64,000 bases of DNA from Algoriphagus sp. (GTDB lineage Bacteria; Bacteroidota; Bacteroidia; Cytophagales; Cyclobacteriaceae). Location: positions 25,705-89,704 of the forward strand of contig JAQSDM010000001.1 in the NCBI GenBank assembly GCA_029945945.1. Reading direction: 5' to 3'. The notes under the pieces are model-generated. The model was given only the letters and a program-made list of their open reading frames with translations. It was not told the origin of the DNA and made no database searches. Positions 1-9,362 of this stretch are shown here, piece after piece. A program made the position numbers and the translations under genes. Position 1 is the stretch's first letter. Each line of letters starts with the position of its first letter.

Positions 1-259
1 CAGCAATCGGCTTGGCTCTGAGTTTTTCCTGCGGAACAACGACTTCCTGAAACACAGGTTTTGGTTCCGGAGCCTGACGCTTTGGCTTTTGAGCCTCACG
101 AATTTCTTTCAGCAGATCTTCAAAACTCACTGGCTTTGGACCGCTTTCTTCCTCCGGCTGATTCGTTTCAGCAAGTTCTTTTTCTTTCTTGCCCTGAACA
201 GCCCGATAGATAAAATAGCCTATAACGGCAACTACGTAAACAATATTTCCTAAATCCAC
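1..259 (-). CDS. Hypothetical protein with N-terminal membrane anchor (partial, runs off the window start)
   Basis: Manual translation from GTG at 259: MDLGNIVYVVAVIGYFIYRAVQGKKEKE...VSFEDLLKEIREAQ..., open to the window edge. Divergent from smc and not in the ORF track. Confidence 0.75.
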   Translation of the reverse strand, partial: MDLGNIVYVVAVIGYFIYRAVQGKKEKELAETNQPEEESGPKPVSFEDLLKEIREAQKPKRQAPEPKPVFQEVVVPQEKLRAKPIA

Positions 260-420
260 ACGGGTAAGTTAAGCCATTCCCGGGAGTTTCAGGAAGGATT
301 CATCTCAATTTTTTCCTTTCTGAAACTTAATTGCTTTTTCCCCAACAGTGAAGGCTCGTTTCCTTGGCAAATCTGCCAAATGATCTTATTTTGTCTGATT
401 AATTCAGAAGAAAAAAACGA

Positions 421-3400
421 ATGCTGCTCAGTAAACTGGAGATCAAGGGGTTCAAGAGTTTTGGCGACAAGATGGTCATCCATTTTGACAAAGGAATCAC
501 GGGTGTGGTCGGTCCAAATGGTTGCGGCAAATCCAATGTCGTCGATGCAATCCGATGGGTGCTCGGTGAGCAAAAGACCCGTATGCTCCGATCCGACAAG
601 ATGGAGAATGTGATCTTCAACGGAACCAAAAACCGTAAACCGGTCAATCTTGCGGAGGTTTCACTCACTTTTGAAAATACCAAAAACCTCCTCCCTACTG
701 AATACACGCACGTCACGATCACCCGGCGATACTACCGAACCGGCGAAAGTGAATACCAAATAAACGGCGTCACCTGCCGCCTGAAGGACATCACAAACCT
801 CTTCATGGATACGGGGATCAACTCGAACAGCTATGCGATCATCGAGTTGAAGATGATCGACGAGTTGCTCAATGATAAGAATAACTCCCGAAGAGAGCTT
901 TTCGAGGAAGCTGCAGGGATCTCCAAATTCAAAAACCGGAAGCGGGAAACCCTGCGGAAACTGGAAGATACAGACGGGGATTTATCACGTGTGGAAGACT
1001 TGCTTTTTGAGATCGACAAGAACCTGAAAAGCCTCGAAAAGCAGGCAAAGCAAGCTTCCAGATACTTTGAAATCAAAGCCGAATATCGGGTGGCCTCGAT
1101 CAATCTGGCGAAGAAAAGCATCGAGAAATACACCAAATCCCTGGTGGAAACGCATCGAAAAATCCAGGAGGAAAGCGACCGGAAACTTCAATACCAAACT
1201 CAGATCGCAGATTCCGAAGCACTGTTGAGTCAGTTGAAGGCAGATCTCATTCTGAAGGAAAAATTGCTCGCCAGCCGTCAAAAAACACTGAACGAACACG
1301 TCAATAAAATCCGTCAATTCGAATCGGAAAAGAAGATCAAATACGAGCGATTGAAATTCCTTGAGGAGCGTTCGCAGAAGCTCCGTGAGCAGATCGATTC
1401 GGACCGAAAGTCAAATGATCGGGCGGGATTCAGCATTCGCTCTCTTCAGCAGGAGAAAGAATCAGCCGAGAAAATGCTCGCCGAAAAGGAATTGATCGTA
1501 TCTGAATTGAGGGAAGCCTATGATTCTCAAAAGCTCATTCAAACCGAAAAGCAACAATCCCAGAAGGAGCTCAGCCAAAGTTTTGAGAAGCTGAAGGAGA
1601 AAGTCTATCAGCTGACCAAGGAAGTTGAGATCAAGCAAATCCAGCTTTCCACGCTGAAGCAGGAACTCGAGCGAACTTCCAGCGATGATTCCAATCAGGA
1701 AGCAAGTTTGGTGGATTTCGAAGAAAAACTGATCGAACTCCGGGCCGAACTCGAAGTCTCCAACAAGACCTATGCTGACCTTAAACTCAAGCAGGAAGAC
1801 CTGGATCAGAAGATCGAGGACACCAACCGGGTGATCGAAATGATCCGCGAGGAACTCACCCAATCTTCCCGTAAACTCGATTCCAAAACCAACGAATACA
1901 ACCTCACCAAATCCCTGGTGGAGAATCTGGAAGGCTTCCCGGAAGCGATCAAATTCCTGAAGAAAAACACCTCCTGGGGCAAGGATATTCCGCTCCTCTC
2001 CGACCTCCTGACCACGGATGAGAAATACCGGGTCACGATCGAAAACTACCTCGAGGCCTACATGAATTACTATGTGGTCGATACCGAATCTCAGGCGATT
2101 GCTGCGATTCAATTGCTGAGTGATACCGCCCGCGGAAAGGCAAATTTCTTCGTGTTGGAGCATTTTGAGCGGTTCAAACCGAGTCAAAGCAAGCTATTCG
2201 CCAACGCAATTGCAGCGACAGAAATCATCGAATTCGATCTCAAATACAGCCGTCTGATCAATTTCATCCTGGACAATGCCTACATCGTGCAGGGCGAACT
2301 CAATCATTTTCCGCAGGATCCTGACGCGATTTTCATCTCCGAAAACGGCAAATACACCAAGCGCAAATTCAGCCTTTCGGGTGGTTCTGTAGGTCTTTTC
2401 GAAGGAAAAAGAATCGGTCGGGCCAAGAACCTGGAGAAACTGGACAAGGACATCAAAGAGCTTCAGAAGAAAGTCAGCACCACCCGATCCAACCTGGATC
2501 AGAAGCTTTCTGACCTGATGAAGCTGAAGGAAGTCAACTACAAGAAGACGCTGGAGGATTGGCAAAATAAGATCAGCGAACTCAATCAGAATTTTGTCTC
2601 TGTCCGTACCAAAAAGGAACAATTGGCCGAATTGCTCAGCAGCAACGCCAATAAGCGGGAAGATATTCTGGACCGGATTTCAAATCTGGAGGAAAGTTTG
2701 ACCGAGATTCAGCCACAACTTTTTGCAGAAAAAGCAGAATTCCAATCCGCCCACGAAGACCTCGAATCGCTGACAGAATTACTGGAAAAAGAATCTACCC
2801 GACTGGCCGAAAAGTCCCAGGCGTTCAACGCCGAAAACATCCAATACCATCAGCAACTCAACCGGGTTGGCAGTTTGGATCAGGAAATTGAATTCAAACA
2901 AAGTGCCTACGAAGGCTCCAAAGAGCGGATCGAAAAGTCACAGTCTGAGCTTTCGCAGCTGGATGGAGAGATCAAATCGCTGCTTGAAAACAACGAAGTG
3001 AAGGACGACGAGCTGATCGAACTCTATTCCGAAAAAGAAGGAATCGAAGGCGGGGTGCAGGAAGCCGAACGCGATTATTACGGTTCGCGCGGGCTGATCG
3101 ACGAGACCGATCAGAAGATCCGCAGCATTCAGAAGGTGAAGGAAATCCACGATCAGCTTTTGCAGGAACTCCAAAACGGCATCAATGAGATCAAACTCAA
3201 AATGACCGGAATGAAGGAGCGACTCAGCGTTGAGTTTGAGCTGGACCTGGATCAGTTGATGGAGGAAAATCCTGAACTGGATGCAGATTTCAGGGATTTT
3301 GCAGAGAATCAGTTGCGCGAATTGGTCAGCAAGCAAAAAGAAAAACTCGAGAAAATCGGTCCGATCAACCCGATGGCCATGGAAGCGTATGACGAAATCA

Positions 3401-3960
3401 AAGTTCGCTATGACTTCATCACCAGCCAAAAAGAAGACCTGATCAAAGCCAAAGAATCGCTCCTCTCCACGATCAAAGAAATCGATCAGGTTGCAAAAGA
3501 CACCTTCCTCGATGCCTTTGGGAAAATCAAAGAAAACTTCATCAAGGTGTTCCGGTCCCTCTTTACCGAGCAGGATGACTGCGACCTGATCCTGATCGAT
3601 CCGGAAAATCCGCTGGAATCGCCGATCGAGATCATCGCCAAGCCCAAGGGCAAGCGACCGCTAACCATCAATCAACTTTCCGGAGGGGAGAAGACGCTGA
3701 CCGCCACTTCCCTCCTCTTTTCGATCTACCTGCTGAAGCCTGCGCCCTTCTGTATTTTCGACGAAGTGGACGCACCGCTTGACGATGCGAACATTGACAA
3801 GTTCAACCAGATCATCCAGAAGTTTAGCAAAGAGAGCCAGTTTATCATCGTCACCCACAACAAGCGCACGATGGCCAGCACTGATATTATCTACGGCATC
3901 ACGATGATCGAAGCGGGAGTTTCGAGAGTGGTTCCGGTGGATTTGAGGGAGTTGGCGTAG
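421..3960 (+). CDS. smc: Chromosome segregation protein SMC
   Basis: 1179 aa; GFKSF, Walker A GPNGCGKSN, long coiled coils around a central hinge, signature LSGGEK, Walker B FCIFDEVDAPLD, QFIIVTH. Confidence 0.98.
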   Translation: MLLSKLEIKGFKSFGDKMVIHFDKGITGVVGPNGCGKSNVVDAIRWVLGEQKTRMLRSDKMENVIFNGTKNRKPVNLAEVSLTFENTKNLLPTEYTHVTITRRYYRTGESEYQINGVTCRLKDITNLFMDTGINSNSYAIIELKMIDELLNDKNNSRRELFEEAAGISKFKNRKRETLRKLEDTDGDLSRVEDLLFEIDKNLKSLEKQAKQASRYFEIKAEYRVASINLAKKSIEKYTKSLVETHRKIQEESDRKLQYQTQIADSEALLSQLKADLILKEKLLASRQKTLNEHVNKIRQFESEKKIKYERLKFLEERSQKLREQIDSDRKSNDRAGFSIRSLQQEKESAEKMLAEKELIVSELREAYDSQKLIQTEKQQSQKELSQSFEKLKEKVYQLTKEVEIKQIQLSTLKQELERTSSDDSNQEASLVDFEEKLIELRAELEVSNKTYADLKLKQEDLDQKIEDTNRVIEMIREELTQSSRKLDSKTNEYNLTKSLVENLEGFPEAIKFLKKNTSWGKDIPLLSDLLTTDEKYRVTIENYLEAYMNYYVVDTESQAIAAIQLLSDTARGKANFFVLEHFERFKPSQSKLFANAIAATEIIEFDLKYSRLINFILDNAYIVQGELNHFPQDPDAIFISENGKYTKRKFSLSGGSVGLFEGKRIGRAKNLEKLDKDIKELQKKVSTTRSNLDQKLSDLMKLKEVNYKKTLEDWQNKISELNQNFVSVRTKKEQLAELLSSNANKREDILDRISNLEESLTEIQPQLFAEKAEFQSAHEDLESLTELLEKESTRLAEKSQAFNAENIQYHQQLNRVGSLDQEIEFKQSAYEGSKERIEKSQSELSQLDGEIKSLLENNEVKDDELIELYSEKEGIEGGVQEAERDYYGSRGLIDETDQKIRSIQKVKEIHDQLLQELQNGINEIKLKMTGMKERLSVEFELDLDQLMEENPELDADFRDFAENQLRELVSKQKEKLEKIGPINPMAMEAYDEIKVRYDFITSQKEDLIKAKESLLSTIKEIDQVAKDTFLDAFGKIKENFIKVFRSLFTEQDDCDLILIDPENPLESPIEIIAKPKGKRPLTINQLSGGEKTLTATSLLFSIYLLKPAPFCIFDEVDAPLDDANIDKFNQIIQKFSKESQFIIVTHNKRTMASTDIIYGITMIEAGVSRVVPVDLRELA

Positions 3961-3961
3961 G

Positions 3962-3995
3962 CGTCATTGCGAGGAGCGAAACGACGAAGCAATCT
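3962..3995 (+). repeat. CGTC-tagged REP-like palindromic element, copy 1
   Basis: CGTCATTGCGAG-gagcgaaacga-CGAAGCAATCT just after the smc stop; ATTGC/GCAAT arms; both ends recur at 4034-4096. Confidence 0.75.
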
Positions 3996-3997
3996 GT

Positions 3998-4030
3998 TTA
4001 GGGATTAGAGAATAGGGATTAGGGATTAGG
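3998..4030 (+). repeat. Heptamer tandem array (GGGATTA-like), copy 1
   Basis: tta GGGATTA GAGAATA GGGATTA GGGATTA GG. Confidence 0.85.
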
Positions 4031-4033
4031 ACA

Positions 4034-4096
4034 CGTCATTGCGAGGGTTTTTACAAAGACTTAGGTGATCAAAATCATTCAAACCCGAAGCAATCT
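4034..4096 (+). repeat. CGTC-tagged REP-like palindromic element, copy 2 (long internal loop)
   Basis: CGTCATTGCGAG GGTTT...AAACC CGAAGCAATCT; same termini as 3962-3995 with a different interior. Confidence 0.75.
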
Positions 4097-4102
4097 TATT
4101 CA

Positions 4103-4190
4103 TTTGAAACAAATCCCCCCATCAACACCCCCTGTTTTTGGCTACAGATTTTTGATCGATTGACGGGCAGACGGCCAAAAACCAAAATCG
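4103..4190 (+). repeat. Structured dispersed repeat module A, copy 1
   Basis: Aligns by eye with 9023-9133, 13860-13965 and 14246-14351; stem GTTTTTGGC(4134-4142)/GCCAAAAAC(4174-4182). Confidence 0.8.
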
Positions 4191-4205
4191 TTTTTCCAAA
4201 TCTGA

Positions 4206-4340
4206 CCCCCGGTTAAAACCGGGGGCTACCAACCAAATGTCCCGATGGGACAACTATCGGCCAGAGATCGTTCCATGGGAACGATTGATTGGTAGAACAA
4301 ATAGAATCAATTTGGAGAAGGTTCGTTCCGTAGGAACGAT
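4206..4340. repeat. Cluster of GTAG/CTAC-tagged REP-like hairpins (REPIN/BIME-like)
   Basis: CCCCCGGTT-aa-AACCGGGGG then CTAC; TGTCCC-gat-GGGACA; ATCGTTCC-atg-GGAACGAT followed by TTGGTAG; TCGTTCC-gta-GGAACGA. Confidence 0.75.
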
Positions 4341-4548
4341 TGGTGGAAAATTCAATCTTGATAAAATCTCAAATTTTATTAAAAAGTGAAAAAGCCTTTA
4401 GCATCATTCATTCCACTCCATTCTTCCTTGAATATTGACCAGGCAGGAGCGACCAACCCTACCATTTTATGCATCCTTTTTTGGGTATTGCTGGATTTTC
4501 AATGAATTATTCAGGAAATTATAGTGAGGTAACCAAACGATCCCGGCC

Positions 4549-4842
4549 ATGATACCCAATCACAACCCCTACAGAGCTTCCATTTTAGAAACAATCCATT
4601 CCTTGTCGACTATGGAAGCGGAGGTGATATCCAAAACCCTCAGCATATTAATGGCAGGGGAATGGAAAGAAATGCATGAGACCTTTGAGGAAGGAAAGAA
4701 ATTTGGGTTTACCCTAACCCAATTGGGAACCTCAACGGATCAGAATGTGGTATCTATGGTCAAACTCATCAAGAATCTGAGAAAAACGATCAACAAGCTC
4801 CAAACCCAAAACAATATCCCGGATGAAGAAGTGGAGTTTTGA
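4549..4842 (+). CDS. Hypothetical protein (97 aa, predicted helical)
   Basis: ATG-started ORF filling the gap with protein-like composition; no family recognised. Confidence 0.6.
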   Translation: MIPNHNPYRASILETIHSLSTMEAEVISKTLSILMAGEWKEMHETFEEGKKFGFTLTQLGTSTDQNVVSMVKLIKNLRKTINKLQTQNNIPDEEVEF

Positions 4843-4973
4843 GTTTTCAAAAAGAGGTGAGTGAACTCATTGACTACCCTTTCTTATGCTTCACCTGCTT
4901 TTGAAACTTCCATTTCTAAGCGGTATCACCTGTAAGAAAAATTGCTTTATCTTGAAAGGAAAAATTGTCTGCT

Positions 4974-6494
4974 ATGCGTACACTTTTCCCTGCCGTTATC
5001 TTTTTTGTTTTGCTCCTCACAGGTTGCGAAAAATCAAGTGAAACTTCCACTCTCCTGGATGCCGATACCCAAGCTTGGTGGGTAACCACCACCGAACTTT
5101 CCAGCGATGAAATGGAGGGCCGGGATACGGGTTCTCCAGGCTATGCCCGTGCTGCGGATGTGGTTGCGAAGCGATTCGCTGCCGCAGGGCTTCAACCCTT
5201 GGGTGACCAGGGCAGCTGGTTTCAGGATGTAGCGATGGAGGAAACGGAAATTACCCAGGCATCGATCACTGTAGGCGGTCGTGAGTTGAGGTTTCTGCAT
5301 GATTTTTATGCCTCTCCGGGAAGCGTGACTGAGTCAATCGAAGCGCCAATTGTTTACTGTGGCTATTGCGACTCTACTTCCATCACCAAGGTAAAGGACA
5401 AGTTGGTGATCTGCCACGGCACTCGACGAGAAGGCCTACCCGCTGATGCCGATCGGGTAAAAATCCTTACTGAAGCCGGTGCGTTGGGAATGATCCTTAT
5501 TGCAGATCCAGGTTTTACGGTTGAGCCCCCACGATGGCCTTTTGCTTATAGCCGAAGCGTGCGGCTGGTCGGTTCTACCTCTACTGCACCTGCTCTCCTT
5601 AATTTCAGACTCAATGCGGATGCATTGACCAAAGTAATCGAAGGCAGTGGGCAAAACGCAAAAGAATTGATTGATTTGGGCAGTCAGGGAAAACCCCTTC
5701 CCTCATTTGAGCTCCCTGATTCGTTCAAGGCGAGTTTCACCACCTCTCAGCGGACTTTAAATTCCCCAAACATCCTTGGTCTCTTGCCGGGCACTGATCC
5801 AGCGCTGGCAGATCAGGCGATTGTGCTGACTGCCCACCTGGATGGCTATGGGTATGGTGAACCGGTGGATGGGGACAGTTTGTATAACGGCACTTTGGAT
5901 GATGCGGCTTATGTGGCACTTTTGATCCAATTGGCAGAAAGACTGGGTGGAACCGGATATAAAAGGCCTTTGATTTTTGCGATAGTGACAGGTGAAGAGA
6001 AAGGATTGCTGGGTACTCGGCATCTCATCCAAAATCTTCCTGTTCCTCTGGAAACCATCGCAGCCAATATCAACCTGGATCAACTCCGTCCGCTGTTTCC
6101 ACTCGAGTTGCTTACTGTTCATGCCCTTGATGAAACTACGCTTGGGGATGACGCAGCTTCCGTGGCAGCGAGTATGCAGATTAAAGTTCAGAATGACCCC
6201 GAACCAGAACGAGGACTAATCCGACGCTCAGACCATTGGGTTTTTATTCAGGCAGGGATTCCGGCCATCAATTTTGTCTTTGGTTTTGAGCCGGGCAGTG
6301 AGAGCGAACGAATCTACCGGGAGTGGTACCGTGTAGGGTATCACACGCCCAAGGATGATCTCGTGCAAAAAATGGACTGGGTTGCAGCAGCCAAGTTCAA
6401 CCAGTTTTTTTACGGATTGGTAGAAAAGGTTGCCGATGGAGCAGAAGCACCGGCATGGAAACCCGAAAGCAAGTTGAAGCCTGAAAAACCTTAG
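4974..6494 (+). CDS. M28 family metallopeptidase, lipoprotein
   Basis: Lipobox LLTGC; SSDEMEGRDTG, TAHLD, YNGTLDD, TGEEKGLLG, NINLD, RSDH, YHTPKD. ATG at 4974 preferred over TTG at 4965. Confidence 0.9.
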   Translation: MRTLFPAVIFFVLLLTGCEKSSETSTLLDADTQAWWVTTTELSSDEMEGRDTGSPGYARAADVVAKRFAAAGLQPLGDQGSWFQDVAMEETEITQASITVGGRELRFLHDFYASPGSVTESIEAPIVYCGYCDSTSITKVKDKLVICHGTRREGLPADADRVKILTEAGALGMILIADPGFTVEPPRWPFAYSRSVRLVGSTSTAPALLNFRLNADALTKVIEGSGQNAKELIDLGSQGKPLPSFELPDSFKASFTTSQRTLNSPNILGLLPGTDPALADQAIVLTAHLDGYGYGEPVDGDSLYNGTLDDAAYVALLIQLAERLGGTGYKRPLIFAIVTGEEKGLLGTRHLIQNLPVPLETIAANINLDQLRPLFPLELLTVHALDETTLGDDAASVAASMQIKVQNDPEPERGLIRRSDHWVFIQAGIPAINFVFGFEPGSESERIYREWYRVGYHTPKDDLVQKMDWVAAAKFNQFFYGLVEKVADGAEAPAWKPESKLKPEKP

Positions 6495-6661
6495 AATTTA
6501 GAAAAAGGGAATCGATATGAATTTGGTAAAAGTGATTCATACGCAGCTGCGCTTTTTTTCAGACTGGATATAGTAATCCAACTTGTCTGAATACCCTAAA
6601 GATCGATTCAATTTTGACTTTCCAGAATCACCAGAAGGATCATGCAATAGAATATAAAAAC

Positions 6662-6697
6662 AAAAAAAGCCCGTCAGGTAAAATCTAACGGGCTTTT
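6662..6697 (-). terminator. Intrinsic terminator of the S9 peptidase gene (possibly bidirectional)
   Basis: AAAAGCCCGT...ACGGGCTTTT with flanking A/T runs. Confidence 0.7.
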
Positions 6698-6702
6698 CTG
6701 TT

Positions 6703-8928
6703 TTAGTTCGTGCTGGCTGAAGGTTCTGTTTTATCCTTCTCCTTGGTAAACTGTTTATCATAAAAGTCAAAAATTCGCTTCCATTGATCGTAAAAATCAG
6801 TTTCGTTGCTTGCCCCACCAGCGCCATGACCGCCATTTAGGTAATTCACCCAAACCACCTCTTTGCCTAATCGACGCATCGCAAAATAAAGTTCGCGCGA
6901 ATTGCCTCCGGGAACATTCCAATCGCCTTCTCCTGTCAGAATCAAGTGAGGTGTTTTGATCCTATCGGCATATAATACTGCGGTAGTAGCTAAGTATTTT
7001 AAAGGATCATCCCAAAGTGAACCCCCTATTCGGTCTTGACCATTTTCGGCTGCTGCATAGTTTCGAGTTCCTATTTTGGGACTGTCTCCTAAGAAACTGA
7101 TGATATTCACCTTTCCCGAAATATTGATAGCAGCTGCAAATCGATCGGTTTGAGTGATCAGCAAAGAAGTAGCGTATCCTCCATAACTCACCCCCTGTAC
7201 TCCGACTTTTTCATTATCTACTTTTCCCTCATCCACCAATTTATTGATGGCGGAAGTAATGCCTTTTACCCAAGCTTCTCCCGGATAGCCGATCTCGAGA
7301 TCGACCGAGGGACGAAGGGCAAAATACCCTTGATTGGCAATCAGGTTCATATTCCGGTTGTATCCGTTGGAATAGAAGGTTTCATAGATTTCACAGACCA
7401 GCGGATAGGTTTTGCCCGGCTCATAATCCACCGGATAGTATAAAACCCCTTTCAATTCCTTGCCGTCCGTATCCCGGTAAGAAATCAATTCAGATCGAGT
7501 GAGTTTCTTCGTACTCATCCAGGGATTGAGATCTGTGAGGACTTTCATGGCACTAAAACTCGCATCGGTGGACATCAGATTTGCTGGCATATCTCCATCA
7601 GAAACGCTAAGGACATACTTGCTCCCATCTTTAGATGTCTTGATATCCGTATATAAATTCGAATTGAGCAGGATATTTTCCATCTTCTTGGTTTCCAGAT
7701 CAAATCTGGTGAAACCCCTTTCCCACTTTTCCTTGCTGGAATAGCTAAAATAGAGGGAGCGCTCATCGCTTGACCAATTCAATAAACCCAAGTCCGGAGC
7801 TTTTTCTTTTTTCTCCGGCAATTCATAAATCATTTCCAATTGATTACCTGCTGCATCTGCCAGCCAATAGCCTTTTTCCGAGCTCAAAAGCAATTTACCT
7901 TCCTGAGGACTCCAGGACATAATTGAAAACTTTACTTCTTTTTTCTTTTCCTCATCAGAGTAGGCTTTTCCCTTGGTCAGGTTTAGGGCGCTATCTCCGT
8001 CCAGCTTTTGAACATAGACATGGCCTGAATCCACCCAGGCATATTGGCTTTTACTTTCTGACCAGGAAAATTCACGTCTCTTCTCGTTGCGAGAATAAAT
8101 GACTTTTGCAGAGTCAGGCGCATTTATATTCAAAAACGAGGTTTGGAATTCCGTCCCCTTGTTTTGCTCGTAAGCTGTTTTTAAAGGAAAAGATTGATTA
8201 AAAATCAGTTTTTGGCCATCAGATGTCACTTCAATGCCATTATAATTTGATTCTCCCAAAATTTTCAGCGCTTTTCCATTGGCTAAATTCACCTGATGTA
8301 CTTCGGTCAGGTTGTTGGTATTTCGTATTTCATCCCAATTCAGAAATGGTTTTGAACCGTCGTAAACGACAATGGGACCCTTCGTAGCTTCATTGTAAAC
8401 TGCCATCGCTCGAGCCATCCAAGTAGCTTCCCGCGTGTGAATTAGCAGAGATTTGCTATCAGGCATCCAAGTGATTTCTGAATTTGCAAGAAGTGGATTT
8501 CCAGAAACAGATACTTCTCTCAGTTTTTTTCGAGCTATATCGTAAACCATCAGATGAAGCTTGGTATCCTTTTCCTCCAAAAAAGCGATTTCGATATTAT
8601 TCGGAGCCCAGGAGAGAGAGGTGACTTTTGCTTTTCCGGAATACGGTCTCAACTCAGAACCATTTTCAGTGTCGATGATAACCAATTCACTGGGAGAGAC
8701 ATTTAGGTAACTCGGATCCTGGAATCTGAAATGATCCGTTCCAAATCGAGCACTGCCATCGAGGATCAGTCCTGTCAGGTATTTCCCATCATCCGAAAGA
8801 ATTTGACTGTTTAAGTTCCTTACTTTTATCGCATCACTTGCGGTGAAAGCTGTCTTTTGAGCAAGGCTATTGGAAAAGATAAAAACCCAAAGAAAAATGG
8901 GAATGGGGTAAAAGGTTAATTTTTTCAT
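6703..8928 (-). CDS. S9 family prolyl oligopeptidase / acylaminoacyl peptidase
   Basis: Signal peptide, beta-propeller region, nucleophile GVSYGGY, catalytic Asp (GEGDWNV) and His (GGHG). Confidence 0.92.
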   Translation of the reverse strand: MKKLTFYPIPIFLWVFIFSNSLAQKTAFTASDAIKVRNLNSQILSDDGKYLTGLILDGSARFGTDHFRFQDPSYLNVSPSELVIIDTENGSELRPYSGKAKVTSLSWAPNNIEIAFLEEKDTKLHLMVYDIARKKLREVSVSGNPLLANSEITWMPDSKSLLIHTREATWMARAMAVYNEATKGPIVVYDGSKPFLNWDEIRNTNNLTEVHQVNLANGKALKILGESNYNGIEVTSDGQKLIFNQSFPLKTAYEQNKGTEFQTSFLNINAPDSAKVIYSRNEKRREFSWSESKSQYAWVDSGHVYVQKLDGDSALNLTKGKAYSDEEKKKEVKFSIMSWSPQEGKLLLSSEKGYWLADAAGNQLEMIYELPEKKEKAPDLGLLNWSSDERSLYFSYSSKEKWERGFTRFDLETKKMENILLNSNLYTDIKTSKDGSKYVLSVSDGDMPANLMSTDASFSAMKVLTDLNPWMSTKKLTRSELISYRDTDGKELKGVLYYPVDYEPGKTYPLVCEIYETFYSNGYNRNMNLIANQGYFALRPSVDLEIGYPGEAWVKGITSAINKLVDEGKVDNEKVGVQGVSYGGYATSLLITQTDRFAAAINISGKVNIISFLGDSPKIGTRNYAAAENGQDRIGGSLWDDPLKYLATTAVLYADRIKTPHLILTGEGDWNVPGGNSRELYFAMRRLGKEVVWVNYLNGGHGAGGASNETDFYDQWKRIFDFYDKQFTKEKDKTEPSASTN

Positions 8929-8993
8929 GGTTGATGGTTTGGTCGAAACAAGTTAAGGTAATTTTGAAATAATAGTCTATAAGACTCCCTACC

Positions 8994-9025
8994 AAGGTCT
9001 TTGTCTCAAAGACCTTTCATTTTTT
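8994..9025 (+). terminator. Terminator-like hairpin preceding the repeat mosaic
   Basis: AAGGTCTTTG-tct-CAAAGACCTT followed by tcattttttt. Confidence 0.45.
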
Positions 9026-9133
9026 AAAAAATTCCACCCTGAAAACCACCGTTTTTTGGCGATAGATTTTGGATAGATTCACTTGGTGACGGCCAAAAAA
9101 CCGAAGTCATAATCTGTCATTTTTATCTCCAGG
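9023..9133 (+). repeat. Structured repeat module A, copy 2
   Basis: GTTTTTTGGC(9051-9060)/GCCAAAAAAC(9092-9101) and GATAGATTTTGG/TCATAATCTGTC. Confidence 0.75.
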
Positions 9134-9168
9134 CCAGATATATTGCCGACGAAGACCGAGCTTCCATG

Positions 9169-9320
9169 GGACATTTCTCGGCAGGATCATTCAGCTACCA
9201 GAATTATTGTTGTGGAACGGCGGGGGGTCTGCCGCAGCAGCGAGGGGGCGTGAGCCTTGTGCGGCGGGAGCTTTGCTGCGGATTGAATTTTTGGTTCTTT
9301 TGGTTCAAGCCAAAAGAACA
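9169..9320 (+). repeat. Structured repeat module B with 3' pseudoknot, copy 1
   Basis: About 20 mismatches and no indels over ~150 nt versus 14027-14178; CCGCAGCA/TGCTGCGG stem and GTTCTTTTGG-ttcaag-CCAAAAGAAC hairpin. Confidence 0.85.
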
Positions 9321-9362
9321 AAGAAAAAAACCTTTTCATCAAGGTCGATGCCCGAAAGACTA

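Noticed and set aside
1462..3429. Long antisense ORFs inside smc (241, 142 and 163 aa) and similar shadow ORFs in M1, katG, pgm, S41 and AGCS genes
   Set aside because: They lie wholly opposite well-supported genes, carry no motifs, and are explained by codon bias of the sense strand.
421..3960. SMC as a Wadjet/MksBEF or other defence SMC
   Set aside because: It has canonical housekeeping SMC motifs and length, with no jetABD/mksEFG or nuclease partners adjacent.
3998..4030. TTAGGG-containing array as telomere sequence or eukaryotic contamination
   Set aside because: The unit is a degenerate 7-mer (GGGATTA), short, and embedded between bacterial genes.
6537..6836. 99-aa ORF overlapping the S9 peptidase end
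   Set aside because: It runs through the terminator hairpin in an alternative frame and has no protein-like features.
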